Positions 1-13,325 of a stretch of 64,000 nucleotides of DNA are shown here, piece after piece. The notes beneath the pieces are model-generated. The model was not told the origin of the DNA, did no database searches, and saw only the letters and a list, made by a program, of their open reading frames with translations. Origin of the DNA: Octopus vulgaris (Eukaryota); NCBI GenBank assembly GCA_951406725.2, contig OX597816.1, forward strand, positions 122,264,001-122,328,000, written 5' to 3'. Position numbers and translations under genes: made by a program. Position 1 is the stretch's first letter. The number at the start of each line of letters is the position of its first letter.

Positions 1-98
1 CACCATCACCATAAGTGTTTTGGAGTGATTTTGCAGCTACCCTTGCACTCTTCCCGTTTTGAAATTCACAAAGAATAACGTGACAAATATGTTCTTTG

Positions 99-100
<2 letters not shown>

Positions 101-174
<74 letters not shown>
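101..174. repeat. (TA)n microsatellite
   Basis: Pure TA run; one of dozens of (TA)n, (CA)n, (GA)n and (TACA)n tracts in the window. Confidence 0.98.
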
Positions 175-668
<494 letters not shown>

Positions 669-1249
669 CGCATATATATATACATACACACGCTGATCAC
701 TGCTGTCTCTTGTCACTAGAGCACGAGTTCCTGTTAATGGGAATTAGTAAACAGTTTATATGTCTACAAGCGCAGAAGTCTGCCAAACACATAATGATTT
801 ATGGGGTGCACACAAAACCACGAGAATTTAAACAATAACGCATTTATCTACTGTTAATATCTTCAGGCATATTCGGTCTTGAGTATCTGATCGCTGATGT
901 TTTTCGTTGCCGGAGAAACACCCCAGCAGATAATTCGTTTGCTGGTCCCAATAATATTTCCCGATCCGGCCGTGGTGTAGCTTTGAATAAATAGACACAA
1001 AAAGGTGGAAACAACTCTGTATCTAGGAGATTCCTAAAGGGAGGAGGTGTTGTTTGGTGGTCAAAAATAAAAGCGATCACACATTCACGCCGTGTATTGC
1101 CAGAACGTTTTAAGAATCACATGATTCACGCGGTTTTGCGTGCAGCTCATAATTTCTTGCACACACGCATATTTTTATAGAATGGGAGTGTGTGTATGCG
1201 CGCGTGTGAATGTATTCATACGTTAAATTTACATATGTCTTATAATCTT

Positions 1250-1640
1250 CTGTTTTACTTATTTCATTCATTAAACTGCAGTCATGCTGAGATATCGCTT
1301 TGAAGTGTTTTGTGGAACAACTCGATGCCAGTACTTATTTTTTAAAACCTGGTGCTTATTCTATAGGCCCTTTGTGCCGAATTGCTTGGTTGTGTGTGTG
1401 CGTTTTCACGCACGTAGACACACACACAGACACACACACGTACACATGTAGACACACATACACACACACACACACGTACACAAACACACACATACACACA
1501 GACACCTATATATATATAAGTGTTAATGCACGAAACTCTCAATCCTTGAGTCACTCTGTTTATTTTACCAAAATTTTTCCCTTATGAGGGAACGTACACA
1601 AACAAACACCTGTTGTCAAATGATGTTAGAGGACAAATAT
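1250..1640 (-). mobile_element. Degenerate SINE family 1 copy, split by a CA-rich tract
   Basis: Diverged match to 1723-1920 (ttttactt..gtcatgctg..gtacttatt..ctggtgcttattctat; gggaacgtacac..ttgtcaaatgatgtt). Confidence 0.6.
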
Positions 1641-1722
1641 ATACACAGGCACACGCACAACACATTCACACAAACACACTCACATACATGCACACACACA
1701 GATAAACACGCGCGCGCACACA

Positions 1723-1936
1723 CTTTTACTCTTTTACTTGTTTCAGTCATGTGAGTGTGGCCATGCTGGAGCACTGCATTTAGTCGTGCAAATCGACCCT
1801 AGGACTTATTCTTTGTAAGCCTAGTACTTATTCTATCGGTCTTTTTTCCCGACCCGCTAAGTTACGGGGACGTAAACACACCAGCATCGGTTGTCAAGCG
1901 ATGTTCCGGGGGACAAACACAGACACGCAAACATAT

Positions 1937-1979
<43 letters not shown>

Positions 1980-2144
1980 TATTCATATATACGACGGGCT
2001 TCTTTCAGTTTCCGTCTACAAAATCCACTCACAAGGCTTTGGTCGGCCCGTGGCTATCGTAGAAGACAGCTGCCCAAGGTGCCACGCAGTGGGACTGAAC
2101 CTGGAACCATATGGTTCGTAAGCAAGCTACTTACCACGCAGACA
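1723..2144 (-). mobile_element. tRNA-derived SINE family 1, near full length
   Basis: Minus-strand head gtggtaagtagcttgct...ggttcagtcccactgcgtggcaccttgggcagctgtc has A/B-box-like and CORE-like segments; internal microsatellite; tail gaaacaagtaaaagagtaaaag. Related pieces at 2160-2296, 6452-6506, 39420-39640 and 41398-41490. Confidence 0.85.
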
Positions 2145-2159
2145 CACAAGCACACACAT

Positions 2160-2296
2160 GTATATATATACGACAAGCTTCTTTCAGTTTCCGTATACCA
2201 AATCCACTCACAAAACTTTGGTCGGCATGGGGCTATAGTAGGAGACACTTGTTCAAGGTGCCACACTGTGGAACTGAAACCGTATGGCTGGCAAAC
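2160..2296 (-). mobile_element. Second partial SINE family 1 head/body, tandem to the previous copy
   Basis: Repeats 1985-2125 (cttctttcagtttccgt..caaatccactcacaa..ctttggtcggc..caaggtgccac). Confidence 0.8.
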
Positions 2297-2625
2297 AAAT
2301 ATAAACCATTCCATTTCTTTCCAAATATTATATGTTTTCTTGTTGAGACATTTTGGATGTGTATTACCATTGTCATTGTTTACAGCTGCTCTCAGGATCG
2401 ATAAATTCTAAATATATTCCACTGTTTCGTTCTTACTTTTGCACTGTCTGAAGAATTATTGACCACAGAACTTCGAAGGCACTATCACCTTGCATTTCTG
2501 TGTAATAAAATATTTATATCTTATTATTTTTAGCGAATTTTGTTTCTAATTTGTTTGTAAATTAAAAATAGAAATTCAAAACACATTCATACAAGCAGAA
2601 GCACAACCAAATACAAAAACGAAAT

Positions 2626-2656
<31 letters not shown>

Positions 2657-3087
2657 GGTGGGTAGGTATAAATATACAATAATATATCAATCGTTTATTC
2701 ATAAAGCTCTATCGCAACTAATTGAAAGCTAAATAAGAGGCAGATTGAAATGGATATGATTTGTATCTTCACGAAGCTAATGGAATGTATTAAAGTTATA
2801 ACTTGTGGAATCTGAGACACACTGTCTGATGCTAGTACTTCATAAATAAGTATGTTATTGAAATATGTCAGTCGCTGAAATGTTCGACAGACGAGTATTC
2901 TCATATATTAGACAAAAAACACAAACTCCAAGCAAGAGAATACTTATATACACTTATGCATTTATATAACAATAGCTAGGTATGTATTTATATATTTAGA
3001 TATACATACATACATACATACATACATACATACACGTATATCTATATTTTCATATTTGCGTAATTCAGACGACAATTTATTAACCAC

Positions 3088-3131
<44 letters not shown>

Positions 3132-3237
3132 TAGATAGATAGATACACTTATATATGCATACATATACATGCAATTATATTTACATGTCTATACATATAT
3201 ACATAATTATATGTATATATATATACATATGCATATA

Positions 3238-3283
<46 letters not shown>

Positions 3284-3287
3284 CATA

Positions 3288-3563
3288 TAATAAAAATAAG
3301 CAACAAGGATATCCAGAGGTAATGCTGTACAATCGTTTCATACAATCCATTTAATTGAACAATGCAATCATTACGTCAATTTAAAATGCTGAGGAATCCT
3401 CAGCTGCACAAAGACATAGAATTCAATTAAATTAGAACAGAAGGACACATTCATACAAGCATGAATAAATTAATGTAATGATTGCATTCTTCAATTAAAT
3501 GTAGGTTCCAATGAAACGATCGTACTGTATTAACTCTGGATATCCCTGTTGCTTATTTTTGTT
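3288..3563. mobile_element. Inverted pair of PLE-like terminal repeats with a degenerate hammerhead
   Basis: Arms ~3288-3385 and ~3466-3563 are reverse complements. Minus strand reads gtgcag-CTGAGGA...GAAA-cgattg-TA-cagcat; the plus arm carries GAAA-cgatcg-TA-ctgtat. Confidence 0.6.
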
Positions 3564-3657
3564 TTCATTACCTTACTTTGAAATTCTATGGCTAATACCG
3601 TACTAAATTCTGGTGCCTCAACTTAAGACATATATACATACATACATATATATTTAT

Positions 3658-5064
<1,407 letters not shown>

Positions 5065-5218
5065 ATATGCACACACACACAGACATACATATATTTTAAA
5101 TACATATGTTAATATATAACAACAAATATGCATATACGCATACACACAAATATTTATATCTGTGTGTATGAGTATGTGTCTGTGTGTGGAACTATAACAA
5201 TATATATATCTCTCTCTC

Positions 5219-5358
<140 letters not shown>

Positions 5359-5374
5359 ATTCAATCAATCTAAC

Positions 5375-6420
5375 TATTTGATTGCTCAGCAAATCGGTTC
5401 AGTTTTTGACGACACCAAGCTTCAAACCCTTTAATAAGTCTGTCTCTTGCGCATGCGCACTCGTTAGATATTTGACTGTTCAACGTATTTCGATTCGAAC
5501 TTGCAACAAGATAGGCTGTATTTTGTGTGCTGAAGATGGAGAAACAAAACGAACATTATCGACACCTCATGCTTTTTTATTTTAAAAAAAGGCAAAAAAA
5601 AAAAAAATAGCGTAAACCCGCCGCAAGATACGTGCTGTGAGCAGAAAAGATGCTTTAATGGAGCGTAAGCGTCAGAAGTGATTTTCAAGATGTCGATCAG
5701 GCAAGTTTTTGGTTTAAGATGTATCTCTCTCTACCTGGCCAACTGAGATTACCATCGACACCAATCCTCGTTGTACAACCCGAATGATCACAGATATTCC
5801 CGAAATATCCAGATCACGGTTAAAAGCTATCAGCATCATCTTGGATAGGTTAGCAAGCTCGCTGTTTGGGTCCCACATCATTTGAATGTGTCCAATCTCA
5901 CCGAACGGATTTCCATTTGCGACTCCTTGTAGAAACGTGATAGAAAACGATCCTTTTTGGAAAGAATGTTGACTGGGGATGAAAATCGTTTATCGTTTAT
6001 TGTGATGTGAAGCGCAAATGATCATAGCGGAATCGAGGTGAACAGCACGGACAATCTCCGAAGTAGAACTTCACCCGATGATGGTTATGATTTCAATTTG
6101 GTGGGATTGGAAGGGTGTTGCATTTTACGAGTTTCTTCCCAGTGAAAGTACCACCATTTCGGATGTCTCCTGTGACTAGCTGGATAGATTAAACGCAGCG
6201 ATTCACTAAAAGCGTCCAGCACATCAAAATATTAAGAAAATTGTATTTCATCATGGAAAAGCCAGACCGAACACTTCTTTGCAAATGCGGCAGAAATTAC
6301 TGGTGTTTGGCTGGGCAGTTTTGCTGCACTCTCCATATTCGTCAGACATTGCACCTTCGGATTTCCACTTGCTTCGATCTCTTTCAATGGAGAAACCTTA
6401 AACTCTGAAGAAGGTTTATG
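5375..6420 (+). mobile_element. Mariner (DD34D) transposon relic, 3'-truncated
   Basis: From ATG 5536: MEKQNEHYRHLMLF..KKGK, then WVPHHL, FLERMLTGDEN, VMISIWWDWKGVAFYEFLP and FHHGKARP-(34)-D within HSPYSSDIAPSDFHL. Multiple stops; second catalytic Asp mutated. Confidence 0.92.
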
Positions 6421-6505
6421 TAGGTACGCATGTATGTTTGTGTATATATATATTACTCTTTTACTTGTTTCAGTCATTTGACTGTGGCCATGCTGGAACA
6501 CCGCC

Positions 6506-6576
<71 letters not shown>

Positions 6577-6764
6577 CTTGTGAGAGAATAATTTTGAAAA
6601 TACATTAAATATCTGGAAAGGTAAAATACTTAGAAAATAACGGCTGTACAACCATATAACTTAGTTCAACACTCAGAGGTGCTGAGGTTTATATCTCTAC
6701 TGATCTTTCTATACTACAAACATAATGAACTGCCCTAAAGCTTAAACATCGTATTTCTTTTGTA

Positions 6765-6960
6765 AGGCTGCACGCTGGAAGAATGTTAGGCTGCATTACT
6801 TACGGCTTTTTACGTTCTGATTTCAAATGTCACCGAGGTTACCTTTCTCTTTTATTGTTTTGGGCTCGATAAAATAAAGTGCCAGTTTAGAGCTGGAATC
6901 GATGCATCGAATAAGCCCCCGTCTTAAAATCGCAGGCCTTGTGCTTACATCCGAATCTAT
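6765..6960 (+). mobile_element. Degenerate SINE family 3 copy
   Basis: ggctgcacgctggaagaatgttag..ttacgttctgatttcaaat..gctcgataaaataaagtgccag, a diverged match to 22434-22600. Confidence 0.65.
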
Positions 6961-7398
6961 TTCATTGCAAATAGTAGATTCTCTGCGTGATAGCTGGATC
7001 TGTTAAAATTTAGCAGCCTAAACCAACTTAAATAAAATCTAGTCTTAGAAAGAAAGTATGATGGTTACACCTTGGGCAGCTTTGATCAAGCACGGCTGAT
7101 CTAGAGACAAAATATCATCGACAACGTATTTCAGCCTCTTTAGTGTGGTAATCAAAATCTCCAACCCATTGAACCTACAGTTTAATGTATGAGAATTGCT
7201 TCTCATAATTTTATGGTTACTAAGATTGACCATCTTCCAGTTCGAGAAAAGTTACGGAGTATCGGGCCTCACGAATTGACATATATATATATATATATAT
7301 ATATACATTATATCTGGATATCTTCCCAGATGTTTTCCGGCGGCATGCGACATAACGGTTTGCAGGCCTATAACAGAAGCTCGTCTCATTTAGGTGAA

Positions 7399-7716
7399 GG
7401 CGCGTGGCTTAGGGGTTAGGGTAATCAGCTCACGATTGTAAGATCATGAGTTCGATTCTCGGCGGCACGTTGTGTACTTGAGCAAGACACTTTATTTCAC
7501 GTTGTTTCGGTCTACACAGCTGGCAAAAATGAGTTGTACCTGTAATTCAATGGGCCGACCTTGTCACATTCTGTGTTATGGTGGTTCTTCCTGAGAACTA
7601 CGTTAAGGGTATACATGTCTGTCGAGTGCTCAGCCACTTGTGCGTTAGTTTCAAGAGCAGTTAGTTCCGTTGATCGGAACAACTGGAACCCTAGTCGTTG
7701 TAAACAACGGAGTGCT
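7399..7716 (+). mobile_element. tRNA-derived SINE family 2
   Basis: A box tggcttaggggtt, B box gagttcgattctc, CORE-like gtgtacttgagcaagacacttt; tail ggaaccctagtcgttgtaaacaacggagtgc shared with copies at 24575, 44630 and 60912. Confidence 0.85.
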
Positions 7717-7939
7717 ATACATATATCCATCCACCTATGTATGTACATGTGTGTATCTGCACGCAAAAGCACATACATAAACGCAGTTATAAAATTTTAC
7801 TTAGGGAAGGTTGACCTATTTTTATCTAGGGACAAAACCAGATTTAAAGGAATGACTTAAAGGGATTAATAAATTTCAGGGAAAGTAGCACCTACGTATT
7901 TTAAAGGCCGAGTATTCGGTAACACATTTTAAAAAATAA

Positions 7940-8156
7940 TAATCTTTTCTATTATATTTACAAGGCCTGAAATTTGAGGGAGTGGGTTAGTCAATTACAT
8001 CGACCCCAGTGTTTAAATGGTACTTATCTTATGGACTCCAAAAGGACGAAAGGCAAAGATGACATCAGAGGCATCTGAACTCAGAATTCAAAGCCGGAAG
8101 GAATGCCGCTAAGCATTTTATCCGTGGCGGCAAGGACTCTGCTAGCTCGCCGCCTT
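7940..8156 (-). mobile_element. SINE family 3 copy
   Basis: Ends in gctagctcgccgcc (head on the minus strand); contains catcgaccccagtg..ggtacttat..aaaggacgaaaggcaaag. Confidence 0.8.
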
Positions 8157-10064
8157 AATTTTGTAATTAATAAAAACAGTAATGATCATAATTATAATAA
8201 TGCTCGATTTGGTTGATAAGACACCCGTTATTGTTCCTGTTTATAATCTCTGAAGAATTTTCTTTCTAACAAAATTAAGGTTTAATTGCAATTAAGAGCA
8301 GTAATATCTGGAGAGTGTTCAGAAATTTATAAACTTTCTACTTTTCGATTAGGAAAAAAATCTTCGAAACAACAAGACGTTGGTAATCTGAAATTGTTTG
8401 TCGCGAAACGAAGCCCAAAGATAATGTTAGCACAACACGAAAAAAGAAAAAGCGCTACTACTGTAGTTTGAAGGTAACAGTGAAAACAGTCAGTAATAAA
8501 TAAGTTGAATATATCAATAATTATAAATATCTTTGAATTGAGCCAATGGCAAAATATCCACATGGTGTTACACTATGAATATATTGTACACTCGTTATCT
8601 ACAGTCAAGTGAATTTTTTAGGATGTTTGTATTTAACAACTGGCTAAATAAAGTTGTTTACAGTCAATTGTAGTTAATGTTTCTTGGCTGGAGCGGAAGG
8701 TCAGACACAGTCGGTTATTGGTGAGAATAAGGAGCTTGTAACATATTTATTTTAGTATTCGAGTCTAAGTCATTTACTCAGTCAGCTGAATAAAATCGTC
8801 TTAATTACATTCGTATTAAATTTGTTTGGTCTCTTGAAATAATATATAAAGAATTTGATTTTCATAGAAAAAAAAACTTACTCGAAGATACTGCAGCCAA
8901 GGATAAAAAGAAAAATACAAAAGACCCAGGAAAAAGCAAAGAACTGCTCTGCACGATTGTGTGTGTGGGCGGGGGAGACATGCTGTTGAAGTTGAAAATT
9001 TACCACAAATTCATATTTGTAGTTAAAAGTTTTCTAAATATAATGAAAACTTTAGATTTTCATACTCTACGAAATGTATGAGGCAATTTAGCGCTATATG
9101 TAAAAAAACAAGTTTTGATATTTGAAAAAAATCAAACGCTGCTGCGAAATTCATATCTCTTTGAATAGAGTTTAAATCTTTGAATATTTTGAAGATGACT
9201 TGATTTCACAAACTTTGACCAACTTGAAGGCTTGCTTACAGCTTGTTCTTTTCTTTACAATCTTAAGTCTACTTTAATCTTTTACACAAGTTTCATAGAT
9301 GTAAGGAAATACACCATTGATCACAGGCGATCAATTTTGACCCTGTAAATGAATAATTTAAAATATTTTCAAAGAAGAATTGAAGTGCATATATTCCTAC
9401 TACTGTCTCGTGCCTCATATCCTTTTAAACAAAGCAATTACGAAAAACCTGATGCAATGGACCAGTGAAATCTGAGACACTACAATAATGCAGTGTCAAT
9501 TACACAATAGTAACCAACAAGATTTAAGGCAATACTATGTGACATTACTTACTCGTCTACATTTCAAAGAAAACTGAGAAATTCAGATTTCACATCATAC
9601 GAAATAAATATTACAGGTTTGAAATTAACATACAAAATTACAGAAGTTGATCAGACCTAGTGTGAATATATTATAATACACAAGTTGATCAGTGATTGAA
9701 ATTACTGGTTACAGAAATCTGGTAAGCCAAGTAGCTATAATTCACAAGCTGCTTTAAGATATATATATATATATATATATACAATAAAACAATCAGGATG
9801 CTGATCTATCATATGTGTGGTGGTGGTAAGGAAAATGGTTGAGGTGGTGTGAGCGTATTTTCTTTTCCCTGTGCTACCAATTTAGACCTCAGCACATTGG
9901 GTCGTTTGAGTTAAACGACCACCGATAAAATACTTTGCTGAATGCAGGATGCAAACTGCTCACCTCTCTACTTCTTGTCCACTATTCTACCCACTCAGCT
10001 CTTTGAACACCGACTCAGAATACATCTTTTACTTAAATGTGGCTACTCTGTTAGAACAAACTAT

Positions 10065-10132
10065 ACTGCGATAGTTACCTTAAGAGAAAATCCCTTTCTC
10101 TCATGATTTTCTCTCATGGTAACTACCGCAGT
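10065..10132. other. 68-nt near-perfect hairpin (candidate pre-miRNA or MITE remnant)
   Basis: Arms 10065-10092 and 10105-10132 pair at 25/28 positions around a 12-nt loop; the two A-C mismatches become G-U pairs on the minus strand. Confidence 0.5.
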
Positions 10133-10220
10133 TAAAGTGGGGATAAATATTAACTATCAGTATTAATACTGCCTCTATCTCCAATATATATATATTTTTA
10201 ACATCTATTACTAGAAATAT

Positions 10221-10337
10221 TGGCCTGCTCGCTTAGCCAGCGGGGTGGCGTCATTCGAAGGCTAAAACAATGCGAACACATTGTGACCAGCGATGTGTAT
10301 CAACATCTGATGGTCTGGTCGGTCAAGTGATCACGTG
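10221..10337 (+). mobile_element. Short 5'-truncated retroposon insertion with 14-bp TSD
   Basis: attactagaaatat at 10207-10220 and 10338-10351 brackets a GC-richer 117-bp insert ending gtgatcacgtga. Confidence 0.75.
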
Positions 10338-12361
10338 ATTACTAGAAATATAGAATTAGAAACGATTGTATATTTGGGTATAGAATTGTTTCGCTGTATA
10401 GAAAACAATTTTATAACCATGTTTTGTTTATTCTCGTAACTTCATGCCCAATACACGGAAGCATACTTTGTATAGTATATATTCTGTAAATTCCAAAGCA
10501 AATTTTTAAAATGAAAAGTTTATCAATAGATGCTAATCGATTTGGACATGTCAACTTAAACAAATATGCATTTAAAATAATTTCCCATGAAGGAATTGTA
10601 ATCCAGACGATAAAAAACACGAGTAAACATATTTGATCTGTGCATAAGAATATATTTAAAACTAAAATTTCATATAGATCATCCCCCCACCTTAGGTAAA
10701 TGCCGTTGATGCAGCTTGGTAAACATTTTGTCTATTTCACTTTTATTTGTTCTGAAGGTAAAAAAAATCGTCCTCGCCGCCGTCGTCGTCGTCATTATCA
10801 TCATCATTATCGTCATCATTATCGTCATCATCATTTTTATTATTAAAAGAGGGCCATACACGCCATAGTTCCGGGTTAATGTCTTACAATATTTAGCTAT
10901 ATCTCTTTATGATCTATGTTCAAATCCCACTAGACTTTTATTGTATTTTCATCCAGCTCGAGTCATTAAAATACCTACCAGCTGTGTTGAATAAAATTAC
11001 ACTATAATTTCTCTACAAATTCGTGGTCTTTCCTGAAACTAAAGATCACCGATCTTATTTTTATTACGAGGAAAATCAGAAGGGGTAGAGTACTTTATAT
11101 TATAATAGAGAGTCTGCATTAACTTCTGAGCTCAAATATCATTGTGGTAAATTTCATCGCTGAAGGATGAAACTCTGTCTAACTGTTTTAATACACACAC
11201 TGACGTACACCTGCACAGAGTTACACACATACACACACCCACTCACACATAATCACATATACACAGACGCCATAGCCAATGCTATATTAGTAAAGAAAGC
11301 ATAATTGTCATTGATGTAATACTGCGTTGAACGATGAGAAAACAATAATTAGAAATGAACAGAAAAATATCTTGTTTTACATTTTGGGAGGATAGAATCT
11401 GAATTGATAACTCTGTGTGAAACAGCCATTAAAATTGCTGGCAATAACAGTAAGCCAGCAATATATTTACACACTTTCCAAAACATTACCCAGTCAGGAA
11501 AATCAGAAGTGCTGCCAATATCTAATTTACCAAAACCACATCCCTACGCAAAATGCAAACATTTGGTGGACATCAAAGGAGAAAATTTACACTACGTAAA
11601 CATGGTAACAACACAGATAAGGGCTCTCCAAAAGCCTGTGTTTGATCGTTGAATCTGTAAGAAATATCGTCCTACTAATACATCGCTATTGTCTTCAAAA
11701 AGGCTTAGATCAACTGGACAAAATAACGCTAATAATATGCTAGAAAAAAATCAGAAGTTAGGTCAAAACAAGAATTCACGACACATAAAACTTATCTCTC
11801 TCGACACGTGCAAAAGCAGTTGGAGAACGACAGCAGATACAATTCTGAATGAAGTGGTCCCTAAAACCGTTAGAAATGTAAATGTCTTACAATGTTTTCA
11901 TAATAATCCTTCAAACACCATCGAACAACAACGTTAAGAAGTAATCTAAAAGAAAAAATTATACAATTTCACTTGAATAATAGCACTGAAAAAAATGTAC
12001 ATGAAATATTTGTATCTCTGTTCTCAGATTCACGTGTTAGCAGAGAATACATTTAAATATATAATACACATACAAATAAGTTTTGTATTCTTAACAAAAA
12101 AAAAAACAAACAAAAAACAAAACAAAACAAAAAACAACAATTAAATAGATAAAAGTAAGGGAAAATCTGCAATATATCACTAACGGTATTAGTAGGCTTT
12201 AATGGAGCTAAAACATTTTGTCATATACGACATCCACGTAGCTACATTTGCCTTTCATCATTTCAGTTGATGCATTGGTGTCGCTGAAATCGATTTAATT
12301 CCTTCTCAAAAAATGCTAGCCCTGTGACAAAATTTGAAACCAATTTTAACTCCACAATAAG

Positions 12362-12575
12362 TCAGCGAGCTGGCAGGATCGTTAGAACACCGGGCAAAAT
12401 GTTTAGCGATATTTCATCTGTCTTTGCGTTCTGAGTTCAAATTCTGTCGAGATCGACTTTAGGTTTCATCCTTTAGTAGTCGATAAAATAAGTACCAGTT
12501 GAGAAATGGAGTCGATGTAATCGACTTATACTCTGCTCCGTAAATGCTGGCCTTGCACCAAAATTGAAATCAATA
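12362..12575 (+). mobile_element. SINE family 3 copy
   Basis: cagcgagctggcaggatcgttag..gttctgagttcaaatt..tttcatcctttagtagtcgataaaataagtaccag. Confidence 0.85.
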
Positions 12576-13109
12576 TTTACTAAGACAGCAACAGTCACGC
12601 CATTTCGCATTGTATAATAAAGCCAAGTAATGTGTGGCCATACTGAATCTCCAAGGAAATGCATTTATCGGTCATTTTTAGAAAAGGAGCAAAAATATAA
12701 TAAAACGATTGTTCATTATTAGACGAAAAGAAAATTACTCATATTCCAGTTGGACCTCGATTTTGAGCCGTCTTTTTCCAGGCCCTCAAAATATAAAAAC
12801 TCAAAAGCCATCTATTTACTCACCTAAAACAGAGGGTGCAACAGCACACGAGAAACACAAGCATTTAAGGTAAAAACAGCGATTTAAAATGAATTTGTAT
12901 AATAAGCATATATAAATACCGCAAACAAACTCCCCAAATACTCTACTAGGTTACATAACCTAACTACACCTTAGTATTAATCCAGATACCCTGATTATAG
13001 AAATGGTAATGCAAAGAGTATATCTGGTATTAGAATACTACACACCAGTAGGTACAACATCGCACATAATCTCCCCATAAGCTGTAAGCAAACCATTTAT
13101 CTCACCATA

Positions 13110-13325
13110 CTAGTTTCAAATTTTAGCACAAGGCTAGCAATTTTAGGGGAGGGGTAAATCAATTACATCAATTATAGTGTTCAACTGAGACTTATTTTAT
13201 CGACTCTGAAAGGATGAAAGGTAATGTCGCCCTCAGTTGATTTTGAACTGAGAACGTAAAAGCGGACGAACTGCCGCTAATCATTTCGCCCGGTGTGATC
13301 ACGATTCTGCCAGCTCACCGCCTTA
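13110..13325 (-). mobile_element. SINE family 3 copy, inverted relative to 12362-12575
   Basis: gacttattttatcgactctgaaaggatgaaagg..ttgaactgagaacgtaa..ctgccagctcaccgcc. Confidence 0.85.

Noticed and set aside
2444-2520. CTGAAGA followed by a long stem (attattg..cacagaa/ttctgtg..taataa)
   Set aside because: The GAAA, stem III and UH half is absent; at most a decayed HHR.
7399-7470. tRNA-like sequences at SINE heads (also 24575 and 44960-45035)
   Set aside because: No complete cloverleaf, and each continues into a SINE body, so they are not tRNA genes.
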